The notes beneath the pieces are model-generated. The model was given only the letters and a program-made list of their open reading frames with translations. It ran no database searches and had not been told where the DNA came from. A program made the position numbers and the translations under genes. A stretch of 63,744 nt of DNA, filler included, from Octopus bimaculoides (taxonomy: Eukaryota): the NCBI RefSeq assembly GCF_001194135.2. It is 6 parts of 6 records of this genome, joined end to end, with 100 filler letters (N's around TTAATTAATTAA, not from the genome) between each part and the next. Parts side by side here need not be neighbours in the genome. Positions count along the whole stretch, not along the records: positions 1 to 26,707 come from NC_069007.1; 5 more parts are not named here. The stretch is one strand, 5' to 3'. Of the stretch, positions 1 through 10,124 are shown piece by piece (positions within the stretch are counted from its first letter, which is position 1; every line of letters starts with the position of its first letter).

Positions 1-10
1 TATATTTTTT

Positions 11-335
11 TTTTTATTATAGTTTCAGCTTACAGGGAGCCTCTTACAATTTGTGGCACTTGGTGAAGAATGGAGTTTGATTTAGCAACCCTCATTTGCA
101 CCTCCTGCCGCGAGGTAGGTTGATCTGGGACTCTCGACAGGAAGAGGTCCAGCTTTGATTTAAAAACCCCTACATCTACTTTGTGCAGGTTCCTCAGGCT
201 CTTTAGGAGAATATTAAAAAGCTGTGGGCCCCTGAAACCCAAACTGTTGCAGTAACTGGTCCTGAAGCGCGATGGCATTGCTGGGATCTTTGGCACTATA
301 CAGTGTCGTCCCGTTCTAGCATTGGTGTAGCTTTC
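11..335 (-). mobile_element. 3' end of a non-LTR retrotransposon (CR1/L2-like ORF2 C-terminus plus short A-rich tail)
   Basis: Minus frame reads ...[44 protein letters not shown]...SNSILHQVP...stop, typical of post-RT C-termini of CR1/L2-group LINEs (FK..LD.FL..VPDQP). It is followed on the minus strand by AATAAA running into an A-run at about 11-25. Confidence 0.7.
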
Positions 336-403
336 AATGCCATATATATAAATAAATATATATATATAAATAGATATATAAATAAATAAATATACATATA
401 TAA

Positions 404-446
<43 letters not shown>

Positions 447-704
447 TACATATATATATATAAATAAATACATATATATAAATATATACATATATATATA
501 TATATGTAAATAAATACACATATATATAAATATCAATAAATATATTAATAAAGCATATCACTCTATCTCCCATTTTCAAGTACTATTTTTTTGCATTTAT
601 GTGCTTACTCTGACCTATATACATATCAGTGCATGTGTATGCTTGTCCCCCATCACCACTTGTGTTGGTGTGTTTACTAGAGCGTAAACTATTAAATCAC
701 TAAA

Positions 705-882
705 CACACACACACACATATATACAATGGGCTTCTTTCAGTTTCTATCAAATCCACTCGCAACGCTTTGGTCGGGCCAAGGTTATAATAGAAGATACTC
801 GCCCAATATGCCACGCAGTGGGACTGAACCCAGAACCATGTTGTTGTGAAGAAACAAGCTACTTACCACCGCACAGCCACTC
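705..882 (-). mobile_element. tRNA-derived SINE, family A (head ...GTGGTAAG..GGTTC.GGGTTCAGTCCCACTGCGTGGCA...GAAACTGAAAGAAGCCC + TA/TG tract)
   Basis: Reverse complement matches the motif repeated many times in this window (e.g. 16905-17070, 34430-34560, 62650-62810), including a B-box-like GGTTCAGTCCC. Confidence 0.8.
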
Positions 883-1242
883 CAGCAAGGAAAAATTGCA
901 ACTCGTTGCACTCCTAGTTGTAACACAACTGCATATCATGTATACATTTACAATAAGTTCAATTTGACACACAAACGGGTGAGAAAGGTAAAATTTGAAC
1001 ATACCTGTTGATTTCGGATTTTGTCATATGCCTAAGAAAAAGAAATGAAATGCAAAATTTTAAAAAAAGAAAAACATTTTCAGACAAATAAATAATTTAA
1101 TACAATTCATAGAGTCCCTGATATACCTCCCACCCACCTCACCATTAGTAATTATTTTATTGGTTTTTATCTTTTAATCTATTTTAGTTTTGTTCTCAGA
1201 AGTACAAATATAGAAAGATTAGAATTTTAGATATATCAGAAA

Positions 1243-1802
1243 TTCGGCTGGCAACTAAGTTCCTGCCGTTTTTTAAAATTTTGCAATCTATTTTTTATTC
1301 AAGAATTCTATTTGGAATCTATTCTTTTTTCTAGTTAATTTTAGTTAATGTTTGTTTATCTTCAGATCATTAAACTGGAATGTCAGGTTAAGAAAAACGA
1401 GCATTTTCGACACCTCTCTCTTTTTGCTTTTAATGAAGGTTCTAAGGCCACAAAAGCTGCTCGTGGCATTCGTGCTGTGTATGGAGATGGTGCCATAGCT
1501 GAAAGAACTGTTTGTGATTGGTATGCTAAGTTCAAAAATGGAAATTCTGACCTCAAAGAACACCTCGTTTTGGCCGTCCAGTTGAGTTCGATGAAGAGCA
1601 ATTAAACCAACTTTTGCATGAAAATTCTCGTCAAACGACAAGGGAACTGGCAGAGAAAATGGAATGCGCCCACACTGCTATAGAGAAGCATCTTCACTTG
1701 TTGGGTAAAGTTCAGAAATATGGAGCATGGGTTCCGCATGCTTTAAAGGACAACAACAAAAATCAACGAGCCACAATCTCTGCTGGTTTGCTTGCTCGTC
1801 AA
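1243..1802 (+). mobile_element. 5' half of a mariner transposon (left TIR plus frameshifted transposase N-terminus)
   Basis: ORFs 1348-1605 (EHFRHLSLFAFNEGSKATKAAR..VYGDGAIAERTVCDWYAKFKNGN) and 1614-1800 (TTRELAEKM...HLHLLGKVQKYGAWVPHAL) give the HTH and WVPHEL motifs. TIR-like GGCTGGCAACTAAGTTCCTGCCGTTTTTT at about 1243-1274. Confidence 0.9.
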
Positions 1803-2039
1803 TGGCTATCTTTTGCTTTGTATATTCATACACGTATATAGATTAGAGAGAGAGAGAGAACAATACAGAAGAGCAAAANNNNNNNNNNNNNNNNNNNNNN
1901 NNNNNNNNNNNNNNNNNNNNNNNNNNNNNNNNNNNNNNNNNNNNNNNNNNNNNNNNNNNNNNNNNNNNNNNNNNNNNNNNNNNNNNNNNATCAAAGATTT
2001 TCTAAACAGGAAGTAACCTTTGGTGTAGCTTTTATCCTT

Positions 2040-2665
2040 CACTTGTTTCAGTCATTAGACTGGAGCCATGCTGGGGCACTGCCTTGAAGAAGCCTTAGTT
2101 GAACAAATTGACCCAAGGACTTGTTTTTTTTTAAAGCTTGGCACTTATTCTTATTTCTTTATTTCCCACAAGGGGCTAAACATAGAGGGGATAAACAAGG
2201 ACAGACAAAAGGATTAAGTCGATTACATCGATCCCAGTGCGTAATTGGTACTTAATTTATCGACCCCGAAAGGATGAAAGGCAAAGTCGACCTCGGCGGA
2301 ATTTGAACTCAGAACGTAAAGACAGACGAAATACCGCAAATCATTTCGCCCAGCGTGCTAACATTTCTGCCAGCTCGCTTGGCACTTATTCTATTAATCG
2401 TTTTTTATCAAACTGCTACATCATGGGGACATAAATGTACCAACACCGGTTGTCAAGTGGTGGTAGCAGACAATCACAGACACAAAGACACACACACATA
2501 CATTGGGTTTTTTCCAATCTCTGTCAACCAGATCCACTCACAAGGCTTTGGTCGGTCCGGGGGCTGTATTAGAAAACACTTGCCCGAGGTGCCACGCAAT
2601 GGGACTGAACTTGGAACCTGAAACCATGTGGTTGGGAAGCAAGCTTCTTACCACATTGCCACGCC
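2040..2665 (-). mobile_element. Composite family A SINE (head + internal CA/TA tract + 3' module), interrupted by the family B copy
   Basis: Head at 2510-2665, (CA)n at about 2488, and the 3' module (GGCCATGCTGGGGCAC / AGTACTTATTCT / GTCAAG..GTGG) on both sides of the nested insert. Confidence 0.7.
2152..2377 (-). mobile_element. tRNA-derived SINE, family B, nested in a family A element with a 15-bp target-site duplication
   Basis: Minus strand reads GCGAGCTGGCAGAAATGTTAGCACGCTGGGCGAAAT...GAGTTCAAATTCCGCCGAGGTCGACTTTGCCTTTCATCCTTTCGGGGTCGATAAATTAAGTACC. It is flanked by the direct repeat CTTGGCACTTATTCT at 2137-2151 and 2378-2392. Confidence 0.85.
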
Positions 2666-2856
2666 TAAGTCTATTGTACTGGCCACAATCACTATTTCAG
2701 TTAGCTTGGTGTGTGTTCTCAAGCACAGCAAATTGCTAGAAGTTTCGGTCACTTCTGTGAGACAAATATATATATAAAGGCAGTGGCCCTGCATGGCCGA
2801 AGCTCTCAAGCTGAAGCTGGTAAAAGAGGAGAAAGAGATTCAGTTTCAATACTTAC

Positions 2857-2950
2857 TGTACATATTTACAGTTAGGGCCATCGCAACAGAAGCCGTTCAG
2901 GTAACTCTGGCATATAACACGCCGTACATGTCTGTTCTTACAGTTGGGAC
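2857..2950 (-). CDS. CPSF4: CPSF4 coding exon 4 (94 bp): (G)PNCKNRHVRRVICQSYLNGFCCDGPNCKYV(H), end of ZF4 plus ZF5
   Basis: Acceptor tctttttcAG at 2952-2951 and donor CA|GTAAGT at 2856. In phase with the previous exon. Aligns to human GPLCRHRHTRRVICVNYLVGFCPEGPSCKFMH. Confidence 0.93.
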
Positions 2951-3109
2951 CTGAAAAAGACATCATCATCATCATCGTCATCACTGTCATAAAACCGTAG
3001 GGAACATCATAAATCACAGTTCAATCACCGTTAACAAACAGAATGCAAGTGGTATCATAAATCATGGTTGTGAAGTCATTGCAAACTCAATGTGGAGAGT
3101 ATAGCAAAT

Positions 3110-3260
3110 CATCATCATCGTTTAATGTCTGTTTTCCATGCTGGCATGGGTTGGACGGTTTGACTGAGGACTGGGAAGCCAGCAGCAGCACCAGGATCCA
3201 ATCTGATCTGGCAGAGTTTCTTTCTGAGACACAAGTCTGGGACCAGCAGTCGCTCATGCA
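3110..3260 (-). mobile_element. Family D repeat: 3' end with (GAT)n tail, RTE-type SINE/LINE terminus
   Basis: Plus strand CATCATCATCGTTTAATGTCTGTTTTCCATGCTGGCATGGGTTGGACGGTTTGACTG...CCAATCTGATCTGGCA recurs at 13320-13500 and 21115-21300, and its body appears inverted at 62080-62341. Confidence 0.7.
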
Positions 3261-3537
3261 TATCTGCTACTCCTCTCCACACAGCCAATGTTATCCATGG
3301 AGAAAGGCAAAAACTGATACAGCTTGGCACCAGTGACATCACAATGTGAAATAAAGTGTCGACCAAACAGAGTGTCAGTTTATTTATATATGTGTGTGTG
3401 TGCTCTTCTCTAGACTGTATTCCTGTACTTGAGATCTCTTCCTCTGCCACAACCCTGTTATACTCCCTAAAGACTGATACCTGAAACACATCGAAAACAC
3501 ACTCACGCTTGGCAATGTCGAGAGAAAGTGATCTTAC

Positions 3538-3633
3538 CATGTCGACAGAAACCTCGGTCATACCATGGGCAATCTCGGATCTTCTTCTCAGGATCAATGT
3601 GTAGGAATGGACATTCTTTGTTGCTGCATTGAC
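3538..3633 (-). CDS. CPSF4: CPSF4 coding exon 3 (96 bp): (G)QCSNKECPFLHIDPEKKIRDCPWYDRGFCRH(G)
   Basis: Acceptor ccctgtatAG at 3635-3634 and donor G|GTAAGA at 3537. Nearly identical to human GECSNKECPFLHIDPESKIKDCPWYDRGFCKHG. Not shown in the ORF track in this frame. Confidence 0.96.
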
Positions 3634-4573
3634 CTATACAGGGTAGAAGATGGAGCAGGTTATGTTAGCAAAATAAACTGGGTGGAAAGAGAGAGAGAGA
3701 GTGGAAAAGAGGACAGATACACATAGGAGTAATGGAGTGATGTAATTGCTCAAGACATTGTTGCTACACTGGTTTTAACAGTAGAAAATGGAGTAGAAGG
3801 TTTGTAGAAAGAGAAAAGGAGATGGGTACGTGTACATAAATATATATATATATATATATGTGGTGGTGCACCAGCATGACCGCAGCCACTTGGCTGAAAC
3901 ACATAAATAAATAAATAAATAAATATATATATAATATATTTATATATATATAAATATATATCTTTATCTATAAGGCTCAATTTAATTTTAATTTTTTATA
4001 AATTGATTTTAATTGAGTTTTTTGCCTGTAATTTTGGATTTTGTCCCTAATATTATTATTATTATTTTCTAATTTATAATTAACGTTTGTTGTTTGTATT
4101 TAACTTTCAATTTTTCGTTGATTATGGAATTTACAGGTAGGATTGAGCCACTGTNNNNNNNNNNNNNNNNNNNNNNNNNNNNNNNNNNNNNNNNNNNNNN
4201 NNNNNNNNNNNNNNNNNNNNNNNNNNNNNNNNNNNNNNNNNNNNNNNNNNNNNNNNNNNNNNNNNNNNNNNNNNNNNNNNNNNNNNNNNNNNNNNNNNNN
4301 NNNNNNNNNNNNNNNNNNNNNNNNNNNNNNNNNNNNNNNNNNNNNNNNNNNNNNNNNNNNNNNNNNNNNNNNNNNNNNNTATATATACATATATATATAT
4401 ATATCATCATCATTTAACGTCTGCTGATATGGGTTGTCTGGTTTGACATGGAGCTGGGCAGCCAGGGAGTTGTCCAGACTAATTATCTGTTGTGTATGTA
4501 TTTAGCTGTGTATGAAAGGGGTTAATAAATACATAAAAATAAATAAATATAAGAGGAAATGTAAAAAACTTAC

Positions 4574-4777
4574 CGAATTTAGAGAAAAAATAACATTCAG
4601 GCATCTTAGACATATCGTACTCATGGAGAAATTCACAGTCGTCGCCTTTCTTGCACAAACCTCGTAACCAATGCTTGCAGACAATGGTTCGGTCTCCTTT
4701 GACATGACGGAATGGACATGAACTGCCCTTTGAACAGAGGCCTCGCATGAAGAATGTGCAAATTGCTGCACCAGATT
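4574..4777 (-). CDS. CPSF4: CPSF4 coding exon 2 (204 bp): (K)SGAAICTFFMRGLCSKGSSCPFRHVKGDRTIVCKHWLRGLCKKGDDCEFLHEYDMSKMPECYFFSKF(G)
   Basis: Polypyrimidine tract plus AG at 4779-4778 and donor G|GTAAG at 4573. Contains CCCH fingers 1-2 and the start of finger 3 of CPSF30/Yth1/clipper. Confidence 0.97.
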
Positions 4778-4839
4778 CTGAGAGAGAAGAAAGAAAATAA
4801 TAAGTATTAAGAGATGACGTATACAGAAGGGTGGAGTAT

Positions 4840-5055
4840 TTTTTCATGATTTTTGACTTCGTGATGGGGGTAGTGTGGAAAAGTTGTGAACAGACCTCAA
4901 AATAACTGGTGTAAGTTCAGCCACAGGGACTGTTTTTGCACTCCTGGAAACCAGGAACATACCTAGTAGGAACAGTGTGACTACTTCCTCCTCTGGGAAG
5001 ACGAGTCTGCCCTTCAGATCCACTTGCATCACCCAGTCTGAAGCTGGATGCAAAA
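4840..5055 (-). mobile_element. Fragment of an RLE-type (HERO/NeSL-like) non-LTR retrotransposon, restriction-like endonuclease region
   Basis: ASDWVMQVDLKGRLVFPEEEVVT...LVSRSAKTVPVAELTP resembles the DW.M.VDL...L.FP....T.LRPD.V.....ELTVPWE signature. Confidence 0.7.
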
Positions 5056-5514
5056 TAGAAAATGGGTCCCCCTACTTTTTGTCTTAGAAGCCTTGTCACC
5101 TGTTTGGTCATGTAAAATAGTAAAACATGGAGCAAATAATACAGAGAACTATATGTGGTGTGTACAAAACGTGTAAGAGTGTGTAAGAGAAAACCATGGA
5201 CTACTGATTGTAAAATGGGGGTGCAACAGCCACAGGGGTAACTATAGGATTTGGACTACTAACTCAAAAGCTTTGATACCCAACTTTGCTGTGGGGTATT
5301 TTGTATTTGGTCAGTTCACTTGAGGCTTTACAACTCAGCTCTCAGAGGAAGAACATGCCCAAGGTCACCTTGGAATATTAGCTGATACTTAGTCTAGGGG
5401 AACATTTAGTCTAGTGGAAATTTTACTATTTTTCAGTTTAACATCAAAATAACAGAGATAATCCCAGCACTTAATCCTTTGGTATTTAAACCAGTTATAT
5501 ATCTGGTTCATATA

Positions 5515-5900
5515 TTCTGCAAGTGGATCTGAAGGGCAGACTCGTCTTCCCAGAGGAGGGAGTAATCACACTGCTCCAATTAGGTATGTTCCTGCTTTTC
5601 AGAAGTGCAAAAACAATCACTGTGGCCCTGGGAGGGCAAACTTGACATTTCTCACCAACTGAAGAAAGCCAAGTATCAGGCCTTGGTTGTTGGAACTCTT
5701 GTCAAAGGGCAGCACCTGGCCTAATTCCCTATTGAAGTCAGTTGTCATGGCTTTCACTGTTTCCTGTGAAAAATTGGTTTGGAACTCAGACAACTGAAGC
5801 CACCGAGGAGATAGGCGCAGCAGTTGAAACCAGCTGAAGGTGGCTGTGGTTGATGAGAGGCTGCAGGTGGAACTCTTCTGCAAATGAAAACTAATTCAGT
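5515..5900 (+). mobile_element. Second fragment of the same RLE/HERO-like LINE, in opposite orientation
   Basis: Plus strand (frameshifted) reads QVDLKGRLVFPEEGVIT...RSAKTITVA..PWEGKLDISHQLKKAKYQALV...FPIEVSCHGF...WLW, the C-terminal RLE region. Its DNA at 5518-5625 is the reverse complement of about 4920-5030. Confidence 0.75.
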
Positions 5901-6692
5901 CCTTGTTGCACCACTCAGACAAAGCATGCAGGCCAAGACCTTTTAGTAACTGCTCCAGTTTGTGCGTGGAGCAAAAGCATCTTGAAGGTTTATTTCATCT
6001 TAAAGAGAATGTAGAGAACTATGTGAAGTGCTGTCTGCAAGATGAGTGATGCTGTTTGGTAGTGAAACATGGACAGTAAATATAGAACATTATTCAGGGT
6101 GGCCCAAAAGTTGGTTCACAGTTACTCAACTCTTTTGTTTTCATATATTAACAGTTTAGATCTTAAATATAAAAAAATATGAAACCATTATTCTATGGTA
6201 ATTTAGTTCATTGTAAGATAGAAATTTAAATGTAATAAAATGTTTTAAAAGAAATTTAAAGTGCCTATGTGATAACTAAACCTACTTTTGGGGCTGCCCT
6301 CTATGTGGTGTGTGTATGACAGTGAAACATGGATAGTGAATGGAGGGGACAATATATCATGTGGTGTGCGTATTATGTATAATGGTGTGTGGTAGCAAAA
6401 CATGGAGGGTAATGAATGGATTGTGTTGTGTATGTATGTGTGATGGGGTAAGGCAGTGAAACATGGACAGTGAATGTAGGGGACTATATCTGATGGATTT
6501 AAGATGTGTGATGGTGTATCACTCAAATATGAGCACGGAACATGGAGGAATATAATACATGTTAGATGTATGATGATAAAAGGACCGTGAATGTAGAGGC
6601 CAAGATATCAGAAGTATGTCATGTAAAATGGCAATGAATAGAGGATTGTATATAAGGTACCAGATACATCAAAGGGAACAGTGAATACAGAG

Positions 6693-6944
6693 CAGTAGTT
6701 CTCAATAGGGGTACATATAAGATTTTGTTAAAAAAAAACATTTATCTGCAATAAACTCGTTTTACTTGTACAATATACGAAATATTTTAATTTTTTAAAA
6801 ATACATTTCCAAACAATATTTAATTAAAAAATCCAGCAAGATTTGCTTTTATATACAGCAAGAATGGTTATGGTTATGGAGGCCGAGTAGAGTAAAATGG
6901 GAACCAAAGAGGCCTAGGGGCCAAAAAAAGGTTGAGAAGCACTG
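6693..6944. mobile_element. hAT/Charlie-like MITE
   Basis: Terminal inverted repeats CAGTAGTTCTCAA ... TTGAGAAGCACTG around an AT-rich interior. No clear 8-bp TSD. Confidence 0.45.
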
Positions 6945-6952
6945 AAGGGGGG

Positions 6953-6985
<33 letters not shown>

Positions 6986-7484
6986 ATAATGCAAAGAATA
7001 TATATGCATGTATACCCACATATATGTACATACTTACATCTACATGTGTATATAGATGCATATCAGGGTACAGGACGTTAGAACAATGAACTACAGACAA
7101 CGGAACGAACACATAGGAAAACAGATAGCCACTTGGAATTAATCCTTCGACAGCTGCCTAGATATGACCATGCGTATAAATGGGTCTACGTGTGTGTGAG
7201 AGTGCATATGTAACAACAAACATGGTTGGTAGACACACATACACACAGAAAACAGTTTGTTTACATGATTCGGTTAGCTTCCAATACCAACATGTAGGAA
7301 TAACTGGAAGATCAACATTGGACAATGTACTCCTAGTTATGTTGTGCCGGTGAAGAAAACCTCGAAACGAAATACAGGTCAGGACTGACCGGAAGCCTTT
7401 GATCGGGGCCAGCTTAGGGTCGAACAACATCGATAAGTTAAACCCTTAAGTAGAATCTTTAGATGTACACGAGTATATCTTATC

Positions 7485-7637
7485 TTCTGTTTCAGCCATT
7501 GGACTGCGGCCATGCTGGGGCACCGCCTTGAAGAGTACCGAGTTTTAGTCGAACAAATCTACCTCAGGACTTGTTTTTAAGTCTGGTACTTATTCTATCA
7601 ATCTCCTTTGATAAACCGCCAGGTTACGGAGACAAAG

Positions 7638-7688
<51 letters not shown>

Positions 7689-7800
7689 CACACACACGAC
7701 AGGCTTCTTTTAGTTTCCGTCGACCAAATCTACTTACAAAGCATTGGTCGGACAGAGACTATAGAAGAAGACACTTGCTCAAAGTGCAAGGTGTCACGTA
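7485..7800 (-). mobile_element. Composite family A SINE with internal (CA)n(TA)n tract
   Basis: 3' module (TTTCAGCCATTGGACTGCGGCCATGCTGGGGCACC...GGTACTTATTCTATC), microsatellite at 7639-7697, then GACAGGCTTCTTTTAGTTTCCGTC...CAAAGTG core. Confidence 0.75.
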
Positions 7801-8044
7801 GTGGCTTATATATATATATAGAAAGATAGATAGATAGACAGACAGCGATAGATAGGTAGATAGATAGATGCCTAGATAGACAGATACCTAAATAGATAGA
7901 TAGACAATACGTTTATTGAGTGTTAATATTATAAATATTATATATGGTTACCATAAAAAGTGAACAAGGCTAATGGACTATAGATTGTTTGTGTGTGTGT
8001 GTAAATAAGGTGCCGAAAGCAAGAGACAATAACACCATACTTAC

Positions 8045-8147
8045 TGTCCATTCCTGGGAATGGCAACGGCCGGCATCCAAGTTGGTTCTCCAAGGCATAT
8101 TCGATCTCAAATTTCAAGTTATGGACTGGTGCTACTATATCCTGCAT
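8045..8147 (-). CDS. CPSF4: CPSF4 coding exon 1 (103 bp): MQDIVAPVHNLKFEIEYALENQLGCRPLPFPGMD(K)
   Basis: ATG in ACAAACATG context and donor A|GTAAGT at 8044. A plus AA from exon 2 gives Lys, reconstructing MDKSGAA as in human MQEIIASVDHIKFDLEIAVEQQLGAQPLPFPGMDKSGAA. A possible upstream acceptor (ggcAG at 8169-8168) suggests a non-coding 5' exon. Confidence 0.95.
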
Positions 8148-8352
8148 GTTTGTCTCAAAACTTTTCCCTGCCTTTTAATAATATATAGTCTTACTTATAC
8201 ACATATATGATATATGTGTATTTTATATTCATAAACATGTATATATATTGTTGTTTCAGCAAGTGTTTTTTTCTTTATATATAATATATATATATAAATA
8301 CAGAGTGATGTATATTTCTTTAGGTTGTCTTGTTTTACCTCTCTCTCTCTCA

Positions 8353-8387
<35 letters not shown>

Positions 8388-8555
8388 TGCGTATATATTT
8401 GATGTATATATTTCTCTAGTTTGTATGAATGTACAAGGAAGTTTTACCCTTTAATTAAACATACGTACAAGCGCATAGATATACGTATGTATCTACATAT
8501 CCACACAACACAGTTAACAAGTTCCCATTCTCTACTGGAACCTCAAGAAGAGACA

Positions 8556-8608
<53 letters not shown>

Positions 8609-9180
8609 ACACACACAGAGAGACACACAAACACAGGCAATCTACCTAGCAACACTATTTGGGACCAGGATTCAGAAGAGAAACTTTATGGAATTGGTGA
8701 GGAATATATTTAGATACACCACTCACACAGAATTTATCATTATACACGCTTCTAAAACAACAACCACCCCACAGTGTATATATGTATATATATGTGTGTA
8801 TGTATGTATATGTGTGTGTGTGTATGTATATATGTGTTGCTGGGTAAATGAGAAGAGACGGTGATTGGATTTGAAACGAATTTGGTGGGAATAAAGAAGG
8901 GGTTTGGCTAGATTTATATAATAATATTTATGAGAGACGGGTACCGGCAGCAATATTGGTCGTATTATAATAATAATAACAATAATAATAATGTTAATTA
9001 AAATAAAAGAGTCAATGGAAGAGATATATATATATTATATTGCAAACATGACCATGATTTCCACTGGTTCGTCGTCCATATATCCGAGCAGAGATATATG
9101 TCTTGTCTTCATCTTTGCTTCGTTAAACTTTGTTTCCTAAAACCCATGCTTTGAAGAAAAAAAAAAAAGAAATACTTGAT

Positions 9181-9310
9181 GGCCAATGCGCATGCGTGCA
9201 CGGAGAGTTCCGATTTGGGTTTTAACTCTTTAGTGTTAAAAAGATTAAAAAGAGTCCATAGACTCTTTTATCCTCCTACAGGTTTTCTTTTGTTTTTAGA
9301 TTTGGCGCCA
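9181..9310. promoter_or_regulatory. Candidate CPSF4 promoter: CCAAT, NRF1/EWG-like and E2F-like motifs
   Basis: CCAAT at 9183-9187 abuts TGCGCATGCGTG at 9187-9198 (NRF1 consensus YGCGCAYGCGCR), and TTTGGCGC lies at 9301-9308. The patch is non-repetitive and CpG-richer, about 1 kb upstream of the ATG. The TSS cannot be seen directly. Confidence 0.4.
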
Positions 9311-9354
9311 GAACGGTGGGCGATCGGTTAGGGGAGTTACTCTACTGCTCCGGA

Positions 9355-9900
9355 CCAGCATAACCGAGCGGTATTTTCTTGCTGGACGCTTTACGTCTCG
9401 AGTTCAAATTCCGCCAAGGTTGATTTCGCCTTTTATCTTTTTCGGAGTTGATAAAATAAGTTCCGATTGATTTCTGGGGTCGATACTCATCGATTTAGGC
9501 GCTTCTCACAAAATTTCAGGCCTTGTGCGAAATAGTATTATTATTAAAGCGGCGAGTTAGCAAAATCGTTAGCACGCCGGACAGTATGCTTAGCAGCATT
9601 TCGTCCGTCTTGCTCAGGTATTATAATGCTTTTGGTGACACAATGATCCTGCAAGAACAGATTGAGGCACCAGATGATATTCTGATCCTCATCTCTTGTG
9701 AGAATGCCTGGCACTTTGCCACCATCTCTCTCCTGCTGTCTCTTTTGCACGCTGGGTGAAATTCTTAATGGTATTTCGCCTGTCTTTACGTTCTGAGTTC
9801 ATCCTTTCGGGGTCGATAAATTAAGTACCAGTTGCGTACTGGGTCGATCTAATCGACTGATCTCCTCCTCCAAAACTTCGAGCTTTGTGCCTCGAGTAGA
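9355..9900 (+). mobile_element. Two to three family B SINE pieces, one interrupted
   Basis: GAGTTCAAATTCCGCCAAGGTTGATTTCGCC at about 9400, head GCGGCGAGTTAGCAAAATCGTTAGCACGCCGG at about 9550, and CCTTTCGGGGTCGATAAATTAAGTACCAG at about 9805. Confidence 0.7.
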
Positions 9901-10051
9901 AAACAATATTAGTTGTATTATCGTGTAAAACATTGACGGCGCACTATGCTAACCTCGTGGTGTATATTCTAAAAAAAAGAAAAATGAGAGCCAAATTGCA
10001 AAAATCATAAAGGATACATTAACTCCATCAACAAATTTTAAAAAATAGCTT

Positions 10052-10124
10052 CGCCCAACGTGGGGCTCGAACCCACGACCCCGAGATTAAGAGTCTCGTG
10101 CTCTACCGACTGAGCTAGCCGGGC
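10052..10124 (-). tRNA. tRNA-Lys-CTT: tRNA-Lys(CTT)
   Basis: GCCCGGCTAGCTCAGTCGGTAGAGCACGAGACTCTTAATCTCGGGGTCGTGGGTTCGAGCCCCACGTTGGGCG, 73 nt, canonical cloverleaf with A/B boxes. An oligo-T Pol III terminator lies just downstream. Confidence 0.97.

Noticed and set aside
3115-3597. 160-aa minus-strand ORF
   Set aside because: It overlaps true CPSF4 exon 3 in the wrong frame, then runs through intron and repeat sequence.
7340-7435. GC-richer patch with GTGAAGA...GAAACG and a GGTCAG/CTGACC hairpin, considered as a ribozyme
   Set aside because: I could not assemble a hammerhead or HDV-like fold with a correct core and stems by eye.
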